Of a stretch of 64,000 bases of DNA, positions 25,301 to 36,829 are shown in pieces. This DNA comes from Phoronis australis (Eukaryota > Animalia > Phoronida), in the NCBI GenBank assembly GCA_002633005.1, contig NMRA01000320.1, positions 448,912-512,911 of the forward strand, read 5' to 3'. The translations under genes were made by a program, and so were the position numbers. The notes beneath the pieces are model-generated. The model was given only the letters and a program-made list of their open reading frames with translations. It did no database searches and had not been told where the DNA came from. Each line of letters opens with the position of its first letter. Positions within the stretch are counted from its first letter, which is position 1.

Positions 25301-28300
25301 CTTCACACGTCTTACCCATGTCTATGAAGGAAAGCTGTCCAACAACTTTAAGAGTATCAGCGCTGGGCAGGGGCACAATGTCTGTACTTTTAAAAGTGCC
25401 ATTCTACAACAAAAATGACCACAAAATTCCAATTACTGACTATCAATAGTGTTCTCCACAACAAAATTCCAAACTCCACGCAAATTTTTATTTTAGTAGT
25501 AAAAACTATTCTTTACCTAACCAGAACATGGTCACTGTGTATTTCAATATACGTTTTAAAAATGTACACTGAACTGGTGTGACCTACTTTTTGACTTTCC
25601 TACCAATTTTTCACCATAAGTCCTCTAAAGCATTCGTGACAGACTCAGAAAATCAAACTTAGAGGTTATAAGTTCCTTTACTAATAAAAAAAAGAATTCC
25701 TTCAAATTTTTTAGCAATAATTTACACTCTATACTTACAAAAATTGGGTCATATATGTATTGTTAACTGGCTCATAGCATTAGGAACTATGGTTGATGTT
25801 GGCAAATTCACACTCATTTTTGATTCTGAGGGCAAAAGTGCCAAGCCAGCCAGCCAAAGTTTTAACTTGGCGCTGCATTTTTTAAACTCGATGCGCATTT
25901 TCCAAACTCAACGCCGCAAAATTTAAACTTGTTGCTGCGTCGAGTAAAAACCGGTCGTGGAGAACACTGCAATAACCGCTACTAAATAAGGGTAAAATGT
26001 AAACATTTTCCAGTCAACATAAGTCTAAAAAGATTTCTGCCCCCAAATGGGACTCGAACCCAGGACCTTCTGGTAACTGTTGAGCAGGTGATAATTAGAT
26101 GTTCAATCACTTCTTCAAACTAGTACTTCTACTCACCACATTGAGCCAGAACTCAATCTGCAGTGTCTTGTTACTAGACATCACAACCAGGTCTGTAACA
26201 AAGCAAAGAGGAAAATGTTAACGTAAGTAATTCGGATGTGTAGAGGTTTATCACCAACCTGCTAATTTTGTTTTGACAGTGCCGGAATTTACGCTTGACT
26301 GTTTTAGACAGTTTTCAATACCATGAACAGCAACTGTAGTTGAAGTTGCATGGAATCAAAGTTGAAATTAACTCATACGCTTAGGAATAGCTTCAATATT
26401 TACATTTGCAATATAAAAAATTTTCAAATTCTCTTAGTGTTGGCTTTCTTCAAATTATTTTCTGCTATTATTTCATCAGATGAAGACTGGTGATTAAGGC
26501 CAATTCTGAAGGATTTTCTATCCACTTAGGTACAGTGAGGCTTGAATAGACCCACACGTGATAAACTAGAGGTCATCTACTCAGACAACATTCTGTTAGA
26601 GCAGGTCATATCAACTGGGACATTTTGGAAATGCGTACTGATAATAAAACTGACATGGACAGTATGATCAAAACACCACTAAATACATGGCACATCAAGT
26701 TTAACAGGGATGTTAATCAAGTGGTTTTTGTAATTAACACAGAGCGGAAATCTACATTCTGTAACCGCATCAGCTACTTCATCAGAAGGAAAGATTCCTG
26801 GCAGAGGTCAGCCCACAAACACAGCACCACTGACATTTTACCATTATGTGACAGTCATTGCATGAGGGCACAATACAACGCAAACACAGTGAATTTCAGT
26901 CATCTTTATTCATGTCAGGATTGTTGCCAACACCAGTTTAATCAATGTGACTAGACATTAATGTGTATATGACCAAACAAAGGCACAACATTACACAGAC
27001 AAACAAGTTCTTACCAGCATCATAGTCTCCACTGAAGTCTAGAAAACCATTAGAGCAAGGTTTTACGAAGACCGGCGACACCTGGTGTGATGGGAAAGGA
27101 ACCTTTGTGATGTTTCTATGCCTGAAAAAGGATGAAAAAGGTAAGTTGTAAGGGTTGCAAAAAGTGTTATTTCTTACTGAGAACACGAAATTTGACACAA
27201 GTAAGAAAAAATATACAATTAAAATGTACGTTTCAATAAACTGTGAGCATTTTTTATTACAGCTTAAGGCGTTGTGTAAATTTTCAGGTCAAAAATATTC
27301 CTCTCTTGATTATATTAGCCCGTTAATGTCAGTCAGAAAACAATGTGCTATATATTAATCTATTACCGGTCAAATGTATGGTAATTTTTCATGAGTTTAT
27401 AAAAGACTACCACATGGGAAAAATAAACATTATTTATGCCTCTCCAATTGCCCAGCTTCCATGCTTTATACACCACTACATCTCCATTATATGATAATAC
27501 AGTCACTGATCTCCATTATATCATAATACAGTCAGTGTTCTCCATTATATCATAATACAGTCAGTGTTCTCCATTATATCATAATACAGTCAGTGTTCTC
27601 TGTTATATCACAATACAGTTAGTGTTCTCCATTATATCATAATACAGTCAGTGTTCTCTGTTATATCATAATACAGTCAGTGTTCTCCATTATATGATAA
27701 TACAGTCAGCGTTCTCCATTGTATCATAATACAGTCAGTGTTCTCTGTTATATCATAATACAGTTAGTGTTCTCCATTATATCACAATACAGTCAGTGTT
27801 CTCCATTATATCATAATACAGTCAGTGTTCTCCATTATATCATAATACAGTCAGTGTTCTCTGTTATATCANGAACAGCAACTGTAGTTGAAGTTGCATG
27901 GAATCAAAGTTGAAATTAACTCATACGCTTAAGAATAGCTTCAATATTTACATTTGCAATATAAAAAATTTTCAAATTCTCTTAGTGTTGGCTTTCTTCA
28001 AGTTATTTTCTGCTATTATTTCATCAGATGAAGACTGGTGATTAAGGCCAATTCTGAAGGTTTTTCTATCCACTTAGGTACAGTGAGGCTTGAATAGACC
28101 AACACGTGATAAACTAGCAGTCATCTACTCAGACAACATTCTGTTAGAGTAGGTCGTATCAACTGGGACATTTTGGAAATGCGCACTGATAATAAAACTG
28201 ACATGGACAGTACGATCAAAACACCACTGAATACACGGCACAATAAGTTTAACAGGGATATCAATAAAGTGGTTTTTGTAATTAACACAGAGCGGAAATC

Positions 28301-31300
28301 TACATTCTGTAACCGCATCAGCTACTTCATCAGAAGGAAAGATTCCTGGCAGAGGTCAGCACACAAACACAGCACCACTGACATTTTACCATTATGTGAC
28401 AGTCATTGCATGAGGGCACAATACAACGCAAACACAGTGAATTTCAGTCACCTTTATTCACGCCAGGATTGTTGCCAACACCAGTTTAATCAATGTGACT
28501 AGACATTAATACGTATATGACCAAACAAAGGCACAACATTACACAGACAAACAAGTTCTTACCAGCATCATAGTCTCCACTGAAGTCAAGAAAACCATTA
28601 GAGCAAGGTTTTACGAAGACCGGCGACACTTGGTGTGATGGGAAAGGAACCTTTGTGATGTTTCTATGCCTGAAAAAGGATGAAAAAGGTAAAATGTAAG
28701 GGTTGCAAAAAGTGTTATTTCTTACTGAGAACAAGAAATTTGACACAAGTAAGAAAAAATATACAATTAAAATGTACATTTCAATAAACTATGAGCATTT
28801 TTTATCACAGCTTAAGGCGTTGTGTAAATTTTCAGGTCAGAAATATTCCTCTCTTGATTATATTAGCCCCTTAATGTCAGTCAGAAAACAATGTGCTATA
28901 TATCAATCTATTACCGGTCAAATGTATGGTAATTTTTCATGAGTTTATAAAAGACTACCACATGGGAAAAATAAACATTATTAAAGCCTCTCCAGTTGCC
29001 CAGCTTCCATGCTTTATACACCACTACTTCTCCATTGTATGATAATACAGTCACTGATCTCCATTATATCATAATACAGTCACTGATCTCCATTATATGA
29101 TAATACAGTCACTGATCTCCATTATATCATAATACAGTCACTGATCTCCATTATATCATAATACAGTCAGTGTTCTCCATTATATCATAATACAGTCAGT
29201 GTTCTCCATTATATCATAATACAGTCAGTGATCTCCATTATATCATAATACAGTCAGTGTTCTCCATTATATCATAATACAGTCAGTGTTCTCCACAGAA
29301 AATTCAAACTCGATTAGAATTACGAAATTCCATTTCCATACTGTGGGGAGTTAGCGGGTGATAAGTCTTGGAATAAATGCACTGAACTGAAAACGAAAGT
29401 CCAAATTCTCCTCATTTGCTTAAAAAATGACTAAGCTCCCAATAATTCAAACTCATTCCACAGATTTCCAAACTCAATGCAAGTCAGCCACACTCATCAT
29501 GGCACAATTCAAACACGACGCAATGTTGAGTCATAACAGGTTGTGGAGAACAATGAATACCTAAAAAATCACGTGTTCAAACAAAATCTTCATATTTGAG
29601 CTAAGAGAGGAGAGACAAAATGGAAATTTATAAACAGATACGGCCATATTAATAACCCAAAATGACTAGACATTACTCACGCTGTGACCCAGACGTGTCG
29701 ATATCCTGCAGGTTCTTCAGCAAATAGGTCAGGTATGTGGTCACCATTGTAGCTGGAAATGGCAAAATGGGGAACAACATTCAAACTTTTATCAGAGGAC
29801 GTGTATGTGAGAAATGCATTACAAAACCCTCAAGCTGAACAATTCACAAAATTCAGGCAACATTTTTAGGACACAAATTATGTTGCCTAGCACACAGATA
29901 TATTACACTCAAACTGTACCAAAAATGTTCTCAAAAATATTCTGAATTATGTACTAAGATACAGTTTCCCTGGAACTTATGTTTGTTTTCTCGTTTCACA
30001 GATGTCAACATTTGTTTTGTAAGGCAAATTAAAGTTAGCAGAAATGCCAAAGTTGTTCAGTTTCGGCACAGAGCGCACATAGTTGCACAAGTTCAAGTCA
30101 GGTATCAATGAATTTTCAACACAGGTGAGGCAGCAAGTAGATCAGTAATCTAATTTAAAGAACACAAAAACATTTTAAGTCTGGTCTGCACACCACCTAT
30201 TGGCCACATCATGTGACCTAACGAACATAAGTCTGAAAAGATTTCTGCCCCCGAATGGGACTCGAGTCCAGCTACAAATTACAGCGATTGTCGAAATAAA
30301 TGTAAAGAGTAGGTAGTTAGTCTGCCATGACCAATCGTGTTCATAGATAAAAACACAGCAAAGATTTCTAAATTTTGAAGAAAACAATTTCACACAATTC
30401 AGTTTCGTCAAAATGTTCACAATATCACCAAATGTTGTTTCGATGGTTTGTTTAGCTATTTACATAAAAACATGTTTAACAATGAAGAGCAGTAGAAGCC
30501 AGCGCTTCGAAAATGCTACTGTAGATATGGACAAGTACTAGTTAGTCTGGCAAGTCGGGGTTACAACTAAAACACGGAATGACAGAGATCTGCAGACTAA
30601 ACGTCCTACTTTCAGAACGACAGTGCTCACTCAGCGATACTCCTGACTAGGTCTGAGCCTGTGACCTTTGGGCACACCTGATGATAAAAAGTTTGCCTTT
30701 TTTCAAAAAGTTGTGTCTGGCTGACTAAGAGTAATTAAAATTGTGACATGTGAAACAGAAACCCCAAGGACAATCAAAATACAAACAGTGTCATGTTTTA
30801 CTGTCTATAAGTTGACTAGAATCTTTTGGTGGGAGAGTGTTGCGTTTTAAAAGATGCACCCTTGGGGCGCACTGCCGCACTGTGCTTATGCCTTTTTTAT
30901 TTTTTACGCACAAAGGCGCACACATAACGATCGATTCAATTTGTGAGCAAAATTATGGGAGTGTCCATTCACGTTATTTCAAGTGACTTGAAAAGTCAAA
31001 TCGTTGCATCATTACAAAAAGTTCTCTATTCCGTGCCATTTGGGACGTAATCTCAACACAGAATGACTTATTTGGGACCTAATCTCAACACAGAATGACT
31101 TATTTGGGACCTAATCTCAACACAGAATGACTTATTTGGGACCTAATCTCAACACAGAATGAGGCCAAACTCATTTGGGACCTAATCTCAACACAGAATG
31201 AGGCCAAACTTATTTGGGACCTAATCTCAACACAGAATGAGGCCAAACAGTCACTCTGTTGAAATGTGTATACTCACTCCATAACCAAGGGCTGGTCACT

Positions 31301-33474
31301 CATGGAGATCACTTGACCGTCAGGTATGAACTTGTGCTGCCCATTACCCCAATAGATTTGGACAGCAACTTCCGTGTCACCAGCTTTCCTCACGACAATC
31401 AGATCAATCTGTAAGTCTCCATCAAAATCACCGGGCACTACGCTCACTATCTCAGAATCGTTTGCATGAGATTCAACAAGGGTCTCTTGTCTGAAGACAA
31501 TCTTCTGCGAGAATTTGTCCTCTACAGGAACCAACGCTTCAACTGATTTCCCTGTCATACAAATGTGAATCGTAACAGAGCCATTTTAAACCAAGACACT
31601 AAATGATGATGCCTGCAGTCATAATGAGTATAAATGGACACAGAATTTCAACCAAAAGACGTTTGAAATTACCAATAATGCAATATTTGGGCCAATCTCT
31701 GAAAGCACCTACTTAGTACACATCAATGTGTGTCTATTTATATCCATTATTACCGTAGGTGCACTTGATTACAACAAAAACATTAAGCAAACACCAAACC
31801 CATAGAGAAACTTTTCAAAACAGCAGCAAGTGAAACTTGTTTGATTAAGAAATGTTGACATACCTTCAATTTAACACTATCCATCACATGTTATACAGTG
31901 ATTGCATGTTTCTCTAAATCAGAGTACACTATATCTAGACACGTAGCCTGTCCGTAAACAAATATTTACAGCCAGTGCTGATTTTTGCAGCCCAAACTGA
32001 TGCCAGTGTTAGGAATGTGGTATTCTCTTGTTTTGTGGCGTCATGCGGCGCTGTCTGTGTTTGTCCCTGTGTGTGCGTTGTTTTCATGGTGAGCCTGCCC
32101 TGAATATTAGTCATATGACTCTCTGGGCATTTGAATGCTGTCTTAGGTGTAAACCTCTGGTCTGTGAAGACGTATTTTTCCGAGTGTCTGGGCTTGATTC
32201 CAGTTGTGTGTTACCTGTGTAAGGTCTAACAGCTCCAAGTCAGGTAAGACTATCTTCTGAACTACCTGCTTGCAGGCCACGTTCACTATACTTGCAACTG
32301 ATTTGATTCTATTTGGCCCGGTTGGTGAGCCAAACTGATGCCTGTGCCAAACTGAAGTTACCATAAGTTACCAAATTACTGCCAGTGGTTTATATTTTTT
32401 AACAGTCATCTGAACAGAAATTGACAACAATGAGCGTGGAGTGGTACGTAAAAGTTTCTCAGGACACTTCCCCAATTTAATTAATTCGTATGACCTCACT
32501 GGTTCCATGTGTGCCGCTGGGTGGTAGCCAGTACACAGGTATCACGTAAATTTCTTCGGGAATTTTTTTTACTCCAGCGTTTCTGATTGGCTAGCCGAAT
32601 TCTCAACAGGCAGCGCTATACGATGGAAGAAGTGTAAATGTGGTCGGCTGTTGTACAGACAAGTCGGTGCTTAAAATTTATGTTCCAGAAATGTGAATCC
32701 CAGAAAATTGTGGTAGCTCCTTTTCAGAGTGCATCTTTCTACTGTTGCTGACTTTTGTTTACGTTGCTGTCCTGTATTCATACAGTGTGAATAACACACT
32801 AGTTAAATCAGCCAGATGACGGCGTATTTATTGTACATGTATGTGCTTCAAACACGCGTCTATAAACATCACTGCAGAAACAAAATAGTTGCTGCTACGC
32901 CACTTACATGACAAGGCTAAAAAATCGTTCATAGTCCACCATTTTCTCACTTTGTCGTAAAGCTAACCAATGACTGCCACGGTCCATCAACCAATGATAA
33001 AGTGCGTGCTACTGCCTGCTACCTGCGTGCTGGCTAGCTAGTGGCACGCAAGGGACCAGTGAGTCCTAGGCTTAATGACCAGCATACTTGAGTACACTCA
33101 TTGCCGTCAATTTCAGTTCTGATAACCCCCTCCCATAAACCACTGGCAATAATTTGGGTGTGGAGCATGCATAAGTTACTCACACCAGACGGCGCCAAAT
33201 TGAAGTGAGCCAAATCAGTTATGGGCGGCATCAGTTTGGGCTGCCACATCGATAACGACTAACGTCAGTAACATGTGATGATGTACGTACCTCCTTGTCC
33301 TATGGAAAAAACATCAGTAGACTTATCGAAATTAATATCTCCAAAGGAAGACGGGAGTACGTGCATAGGCTTACTAAATACATCGGCCGTTATGTTGACT
33401 AACTGCCCGTTACACACATAAATAAATATTATGACAAATACATTCTTTAGTAGAACATATTTTGCGAATTTCAT
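16278..33474 (-). CDS. ITFG1: T-cell immunomodulatory protein / integrin alpha FG-GAP repeat containing 1 (LINKIN), complete, 16 coding exons, about 598 aa
   Basis: Exons 33474-33291, 31551-31278, 29752-29681, 28669-28563 (duplicate 27121-27015), 26192-26137, 25403-25316, 23919-23831, 23454-23282, 22903-22744, 22379-22277, 21722-21688, 20521-20443, 19945-19830, 19392-19310 (duplicate 18458-18376), 17074-16957, 16337-16278 sum to 1797 nt with all phases consistent. Signal peptide, FG-GAP motifs (FGDINFDKSTDVF, PGDFDGDLQIDL, DYNGDHIPDLF, VGDFNQDSYPDAL), ALQLPY..FGLG.TPNFVD, WTLIIPNSQLVV, one TM helix and the diagnostic C-terminus RQDAHKFHFDAM*. Confidence 0.97.
16957..17074 (-). CDS. ITFG1: ITFG1 exon 15 (transmembrane helix)
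   Basis: WTNKLFVIPSRLMLLTGIALLGTCAFIALIVGLLHWKEK. Confidence 0.95.
17708..19515. repeat. Tandem near-identical duplication (17708-18641 / 18643-19515) joined by a single n; includes ITFG1 exon 14 and a 20-bp minisatellite
   Basis: Both copies start ccatgt(a/g)ccgtcagtatcttcactg; n at 18642; gtaatgaacacacgggtctt about 8 vs 5 copies. Confidence 0.9.
19830..19945 (-). CDS. ITFG1: ITFG1 exon 13
   Basis: QLSKTAHFALQLPYVDFGLGKTPNFVDTMRVGIP. Confidence 0.95.
20245..20430. repeat. 61-bp tandem repeat, 3 copies
   Basis: gttgtcctagagcgagttgttctagggtagactgcatgtggacataat.tg.accctatga repeated three times. Confidence 0.92.
22744..22903 (-). CDS. ITFG1: ITFG1 exon 9
   Basis: VVLLENVPC...RTFHILWE...ATFYDIGED. 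Confidence 0.93.
23282..23454 (-). CDS. ITFG1: ITFG1 exon 8
   Basis: WQTIPV...PLQLWVGDFNQDSYPDALTVL. Confidence 0.93.
25447..25969. mobile_element. hAT-like MITE (CAGTGTTCTCCAC TIR family)
   Basis: agtgttctccac ... gtggagaacactg; related to 29284-29555. Confidence 0.6.
26017..26080 (-). mobile_element. tRNA-derived SINE fragment (second copy about 30224-30272)
   Basis: Minus strand ggttcgagtccc B-box followed by gggggcagaaatcttt shared by both copies; no full cloverleaf. Confidence 0.55.
26325..29295. repeat. Tandem near-identical duplication (26325-27871 / 27873-29295) joined by a single n; includes ITFG1 exon 4 and a 29-bp minisatellite
   Basis: Both copies start gaacagcaactgtagttgaag; n at 27872; ccattatatcataatacagtcagtgttct about 13 vs 9 copies. 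Confidence 0.9.
29284..29555. mobile_element. hAT-like MITE (CAGTGTTCTCCAC TIR family)
   Basis: cagtgttctccacag ... ttgtggagaacaatg; shares subterminal aaattc(c)aaactc motifs with 25447-25969. Confidence 0.6.
31038..31250. repeat. 32/39-bp minisatellite, 6 copies
   Basis: atttgggacctaatctcaacacagaatga followed by ctt or ggccaaact. Confidence 0.92.
31278..31551 (-). CDS. ITFG1: ITFG1 exon 2
   Basis: IVSVVPGDFDGDLQIDLIV...IYWGNG...DQPLVM. Confidence 0.95.
33291..33474 (-). CDS. ITFG1: ITFG1 exon 1
   Basis: MKFAKYVLLKNVFVIIFIYVCNG...SFGDINFDKSTDVFSIGQG. Confidence 0.92.
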
Positions 33475-33487
33475 GATTCAGCTCATC

Positions 33488-33535
33488 CCGGAAGTGAAGT
33501 GTCAACAAGTGAAATTCTCAGAGCCATCTAGTGTC
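33488..33535. promoter_or_regulatory. Putative ITFG1 proximal promoter motifs (ETS ccggaagtg; CTCF-like)
   Basis: ccggaagtg 14 nt upstream of the ATG; gccatctagtgtc at 33523-33535; motif match only. Confidence 0.35.
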
Positions 33536-33602
33536 ATTCGATGTAACTAAGTCATGGTCCCGCGCCACCGGAGTAAGCGTGAGTGCCCTCTGTGCGCCGT
33601 GA

Positions 33603-33821
33603 GGAGTTCGTTCCAAGAAAACTGACTTAGCTAAGAAAAATCTTAACTTTAAGCCAATTTCAAGATAAAGCTTCAATTTTTCTTAAGTCCGTTCCTAGAA
33701 AGTAGTCTTAAGTTTGACTCAAGTTTTTCAAGCAGATGTCGAACTTTCAAAGTTAAGTTGAGACAAATCTTAGACGTCAAAACATGAACGACCGACTAAG
33801 TCAGTTTTTGTAAAGAGCCCC
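33603..33821. mobile_element. MITE with long imperfect TIRs (possibly Harbinger-type)
   Basis: Left gttcgttccaagaaaactgacttag pairs with right ctaagtcagtttttgtaaagagcccc. Confidence 0.55.
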
Positions 33822-34908
33822 TGCTTATTCAGATAGCGTATGCATGAACTTGAAATTCACTGGGAAACTTGTCAAGTTCACTCGAACTGTTCACGTTGAT
33901 AAAAACTTTACACTCAGTGCATTAAATCAAGTTAATAAAATAAAGTAAATTTTAACAAACACTTTTCAGCAATTATTTTTTCAAAAGTGATTAGCCATGC
34001 TCCTATTCTTTGACACAAGTTGTGGTAAAGAAGGAAATGGGTGATCACGGCCAACTGAATTGCAAAAAAAATTTTTGATTGCCCAACTGAACATTCAATT
34101 CCAAGTTAAAAAAGTTCCGAAGCACAGCATCTACTGAAACAGTCCCAAATTGGGATTTGGTTCTCTGCCTAACATGTTTGGGCATCTGAGTTTTTGTCAA
34201 AGTTTACTCAATTTATCTGTGTTATAAGCTTCTCTTATGGTATTTTCTTATAGTAACATATCTGAAGACTCCAGTGGATTTTTAAAATCCGTCCCAGAAT
34301 TAAGTATGAGACTACATCATGTACCTATACATTCTCAATGATGAATAATTAAAATGATTCATTAATGAGAATGCTCTATAAATTAGGGGCGTTACATTAT
34401 TTTCAATAATATTGAGAATTAAACGTAGAGTTTACTCTCGGTGTCAAAGCAAAAATTTACTGAATGCCAAAATGTTATAAAATTCAACCGGTGTTTACAC
34501 CGTAAGTTCGTCCACGGCCGATGCTTAACAGGGTCAGGTATATTTGCTTTCTGGAGCTTCGCTTTTGTCAGTGCTGTCCAGGGTCGGACTGGGGTTGCAG
34601 TCGTCATACTTTCATTCAGACTTCCAGTTGGTGTGTCGGGTCTGATATATGAGCACACTTGCATAACCCACCCACTGCAGCCGCCACCACGATGATTTTG
34701 TTTATTTACTTTAAGTAGAAAACTTTCATGGGCGCATAGTAGGCCTACTTCGTGAATGACTCGAGCATGACCTCTTATTGGTTTCCACTAATAAGGTTGG
34801 CTTTACGTTGCCTTATCCACTCTCATGGTTCCATGCATGTTAGCCCTCCTATCAGTCGCAGCTGCCGTGGAGTGCGACTACTTTGGTCACGGTGTTTGTA
34901 CCACGTGA

Positions 34909-36581
34909 CCCGCGGCTCCGCCGGGAAATGACTTTATTGCAAAGTCAGTTGACACCCGGCACTCGGACAGACTCTCGTTGTCAGACTTCCAGTTTTGGCA
35001 AAAACTAGCATTTCACCACGCTGTTTAGGTGTATTAAAACGGAAATCGAATTGGCCTAACTCTATTTTTGGGCCAATTAAGCCTTTTTTTCTCATAAAAT
35101 CGGTCTCATAATAGGCCTAGGCCTACTCAGGATTCCATTTCCGTTTTCACCAACAATTGCAAGATTGATTAAGTAATTTACACTTTTTAAATTACGTAAC
35201 ACACTCACCTATCTGAGCATGGCCAGAGATACAATTCCCTACGAAATGACTATGAGTGCCTTTTTCGATTTACCTTACAAAGGGTTCGGGAGTTAAAAAC
35301 TTCAACAGGATTCCTTGCCCCTTCTACACAAAATAGTGTATTTAAATATCTAAATAGTCTGAGAAATATCGCATAGTGGTTCCTCTCAAAATATTATCTG
35401 AATTTTTTAAACTTTGGTTGCAAAACATCCACTCTTTTTAACAACCTTGCTGTCACTTCTTGTTCTGCTTATTCTGTCAAAAACCCCAAGCGGAAAGAAT
35501 AGTTACCCTAACTGAAGCCCGGTAAATGAAAATGCGTTTATCGAAATTTCGGAATTTTGATGCGATCGGATATTTTAACTCTCCTGAGTTAGTGTGCTGA
35601 TTACTACGCTCTATGACGAGATTGCGTTACGCATGCCTCTAAAAACCAACAATTTTGGCACTTTTTTACTGACTCAAAACCCTCGAATAATCTATCTTGA
35701 CTGGCCACTTTTCATCCTAGCATGCTGCGTCTGAATGACTTNCCCGCGGCTCCGCCGGGAAATGACTTTATTGCAAAGTCAGTTGACACCCGGCACTCGG
35801 ACAGACTCTCGTTGTCAGACTTCCAGTTTTGGCAAAAACTCGCATTTCACCACGTTGTTTAGGTGTATTAAAACGGAAATCGAATTGGCCTAACTCTATT
35901 TTTGGGCCAATTAAGCCTTTTTTTTTCTCATAAAATCGGTCTCATAATAGGCCTAGGCCTACTCAGGATTCCATTTCCGTTTTCACCAACAATTGCAAGA
36001 TTGATTAAGTAATTTACACTTTTTAAATAACGTAACACACTCACCTATCTGAGCATGGCCAGAGATACAATTCCCTACAAAATGACTATGAGTGCCTTTT
36101 TCGATTTAATTCCTTACAAAGGGTTCGGGAGTTAAAAACTTCAACAGGATTCCTTGCCCCTTCTACACAAAATAGTGTATTTAAATATCTAAATAGTCTG
36201 AGTGATATCGCATAGTGGTTCCTCTCAAAATATTATCTGAATTTTTTAAACTTTGGTTGCAAAACATCCACTCTTTTTAACAACCTTGCTGTCACTTCTT
36301 GTTCTGCTTATTCTGTCAAAAACCCCAAGCGGAAAGAATAGTTACCCTAACTGAAGCCCGGTAAATGAAAATGCGTTTATCGAAATTTCGGAATTTTGAT
36401 GCGATCGGATATTTTAACTCTCCTGAGTTAGTGTGCTGATTACTACGCTCTATGACGAGATTGCGTTACGCATGCCTCTAAAAACCAACAATTTTGGCAC
36501 TTTTTTACTGACTCAAAACCCTCGAATAATCTATCTTGACTGGCCACTTTTCATCCTAGCATGCTGCGTCTGAATGACTTA
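34909..36581. repeat. About 835-bp near-identical tandem duplication of non-coding DNA
   Basis: cccgcggctccgccgggaaatgact...ctgaatgactt occurs twice head-to-tail with only a few SNPs and indels. Confidence 0.9.
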
Positions 36582-36829
36582 GTAAACGGACTCGGCATCA
36601 GTCTTTATAGGCGGTAAAAGAGAAGTGCCTTATTAAACTCTGAGTTAGAGAGCCTTCAACGCACTTTCAGCTCAAGCACACTTGAAACAACGGCAGCTGC
36701 ACTCTCTTTTTATTTAGTCTGTTCTCGTGCAGTTTACATTCAGTATGTATGCACAGCAAAACAGCAGAGACTTGATGGTTGTGAAATGTAAACGGAGGTG
36801 CAGCGTATTTTATAATGAAAAGCTTTAAA

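Noticed and set aside
26017-26080. tRNA gene
   Set aside because: Only a B-box/T-arm-like part is present, and downstream sequence is shared with a second dispersed copy; it is a SINE fragment.
27480-27871. CRISPR-like 29-bp repeats
   Set aside because: Head-to-tail repeats without spacers; a VNTR derived from a MITE junction.
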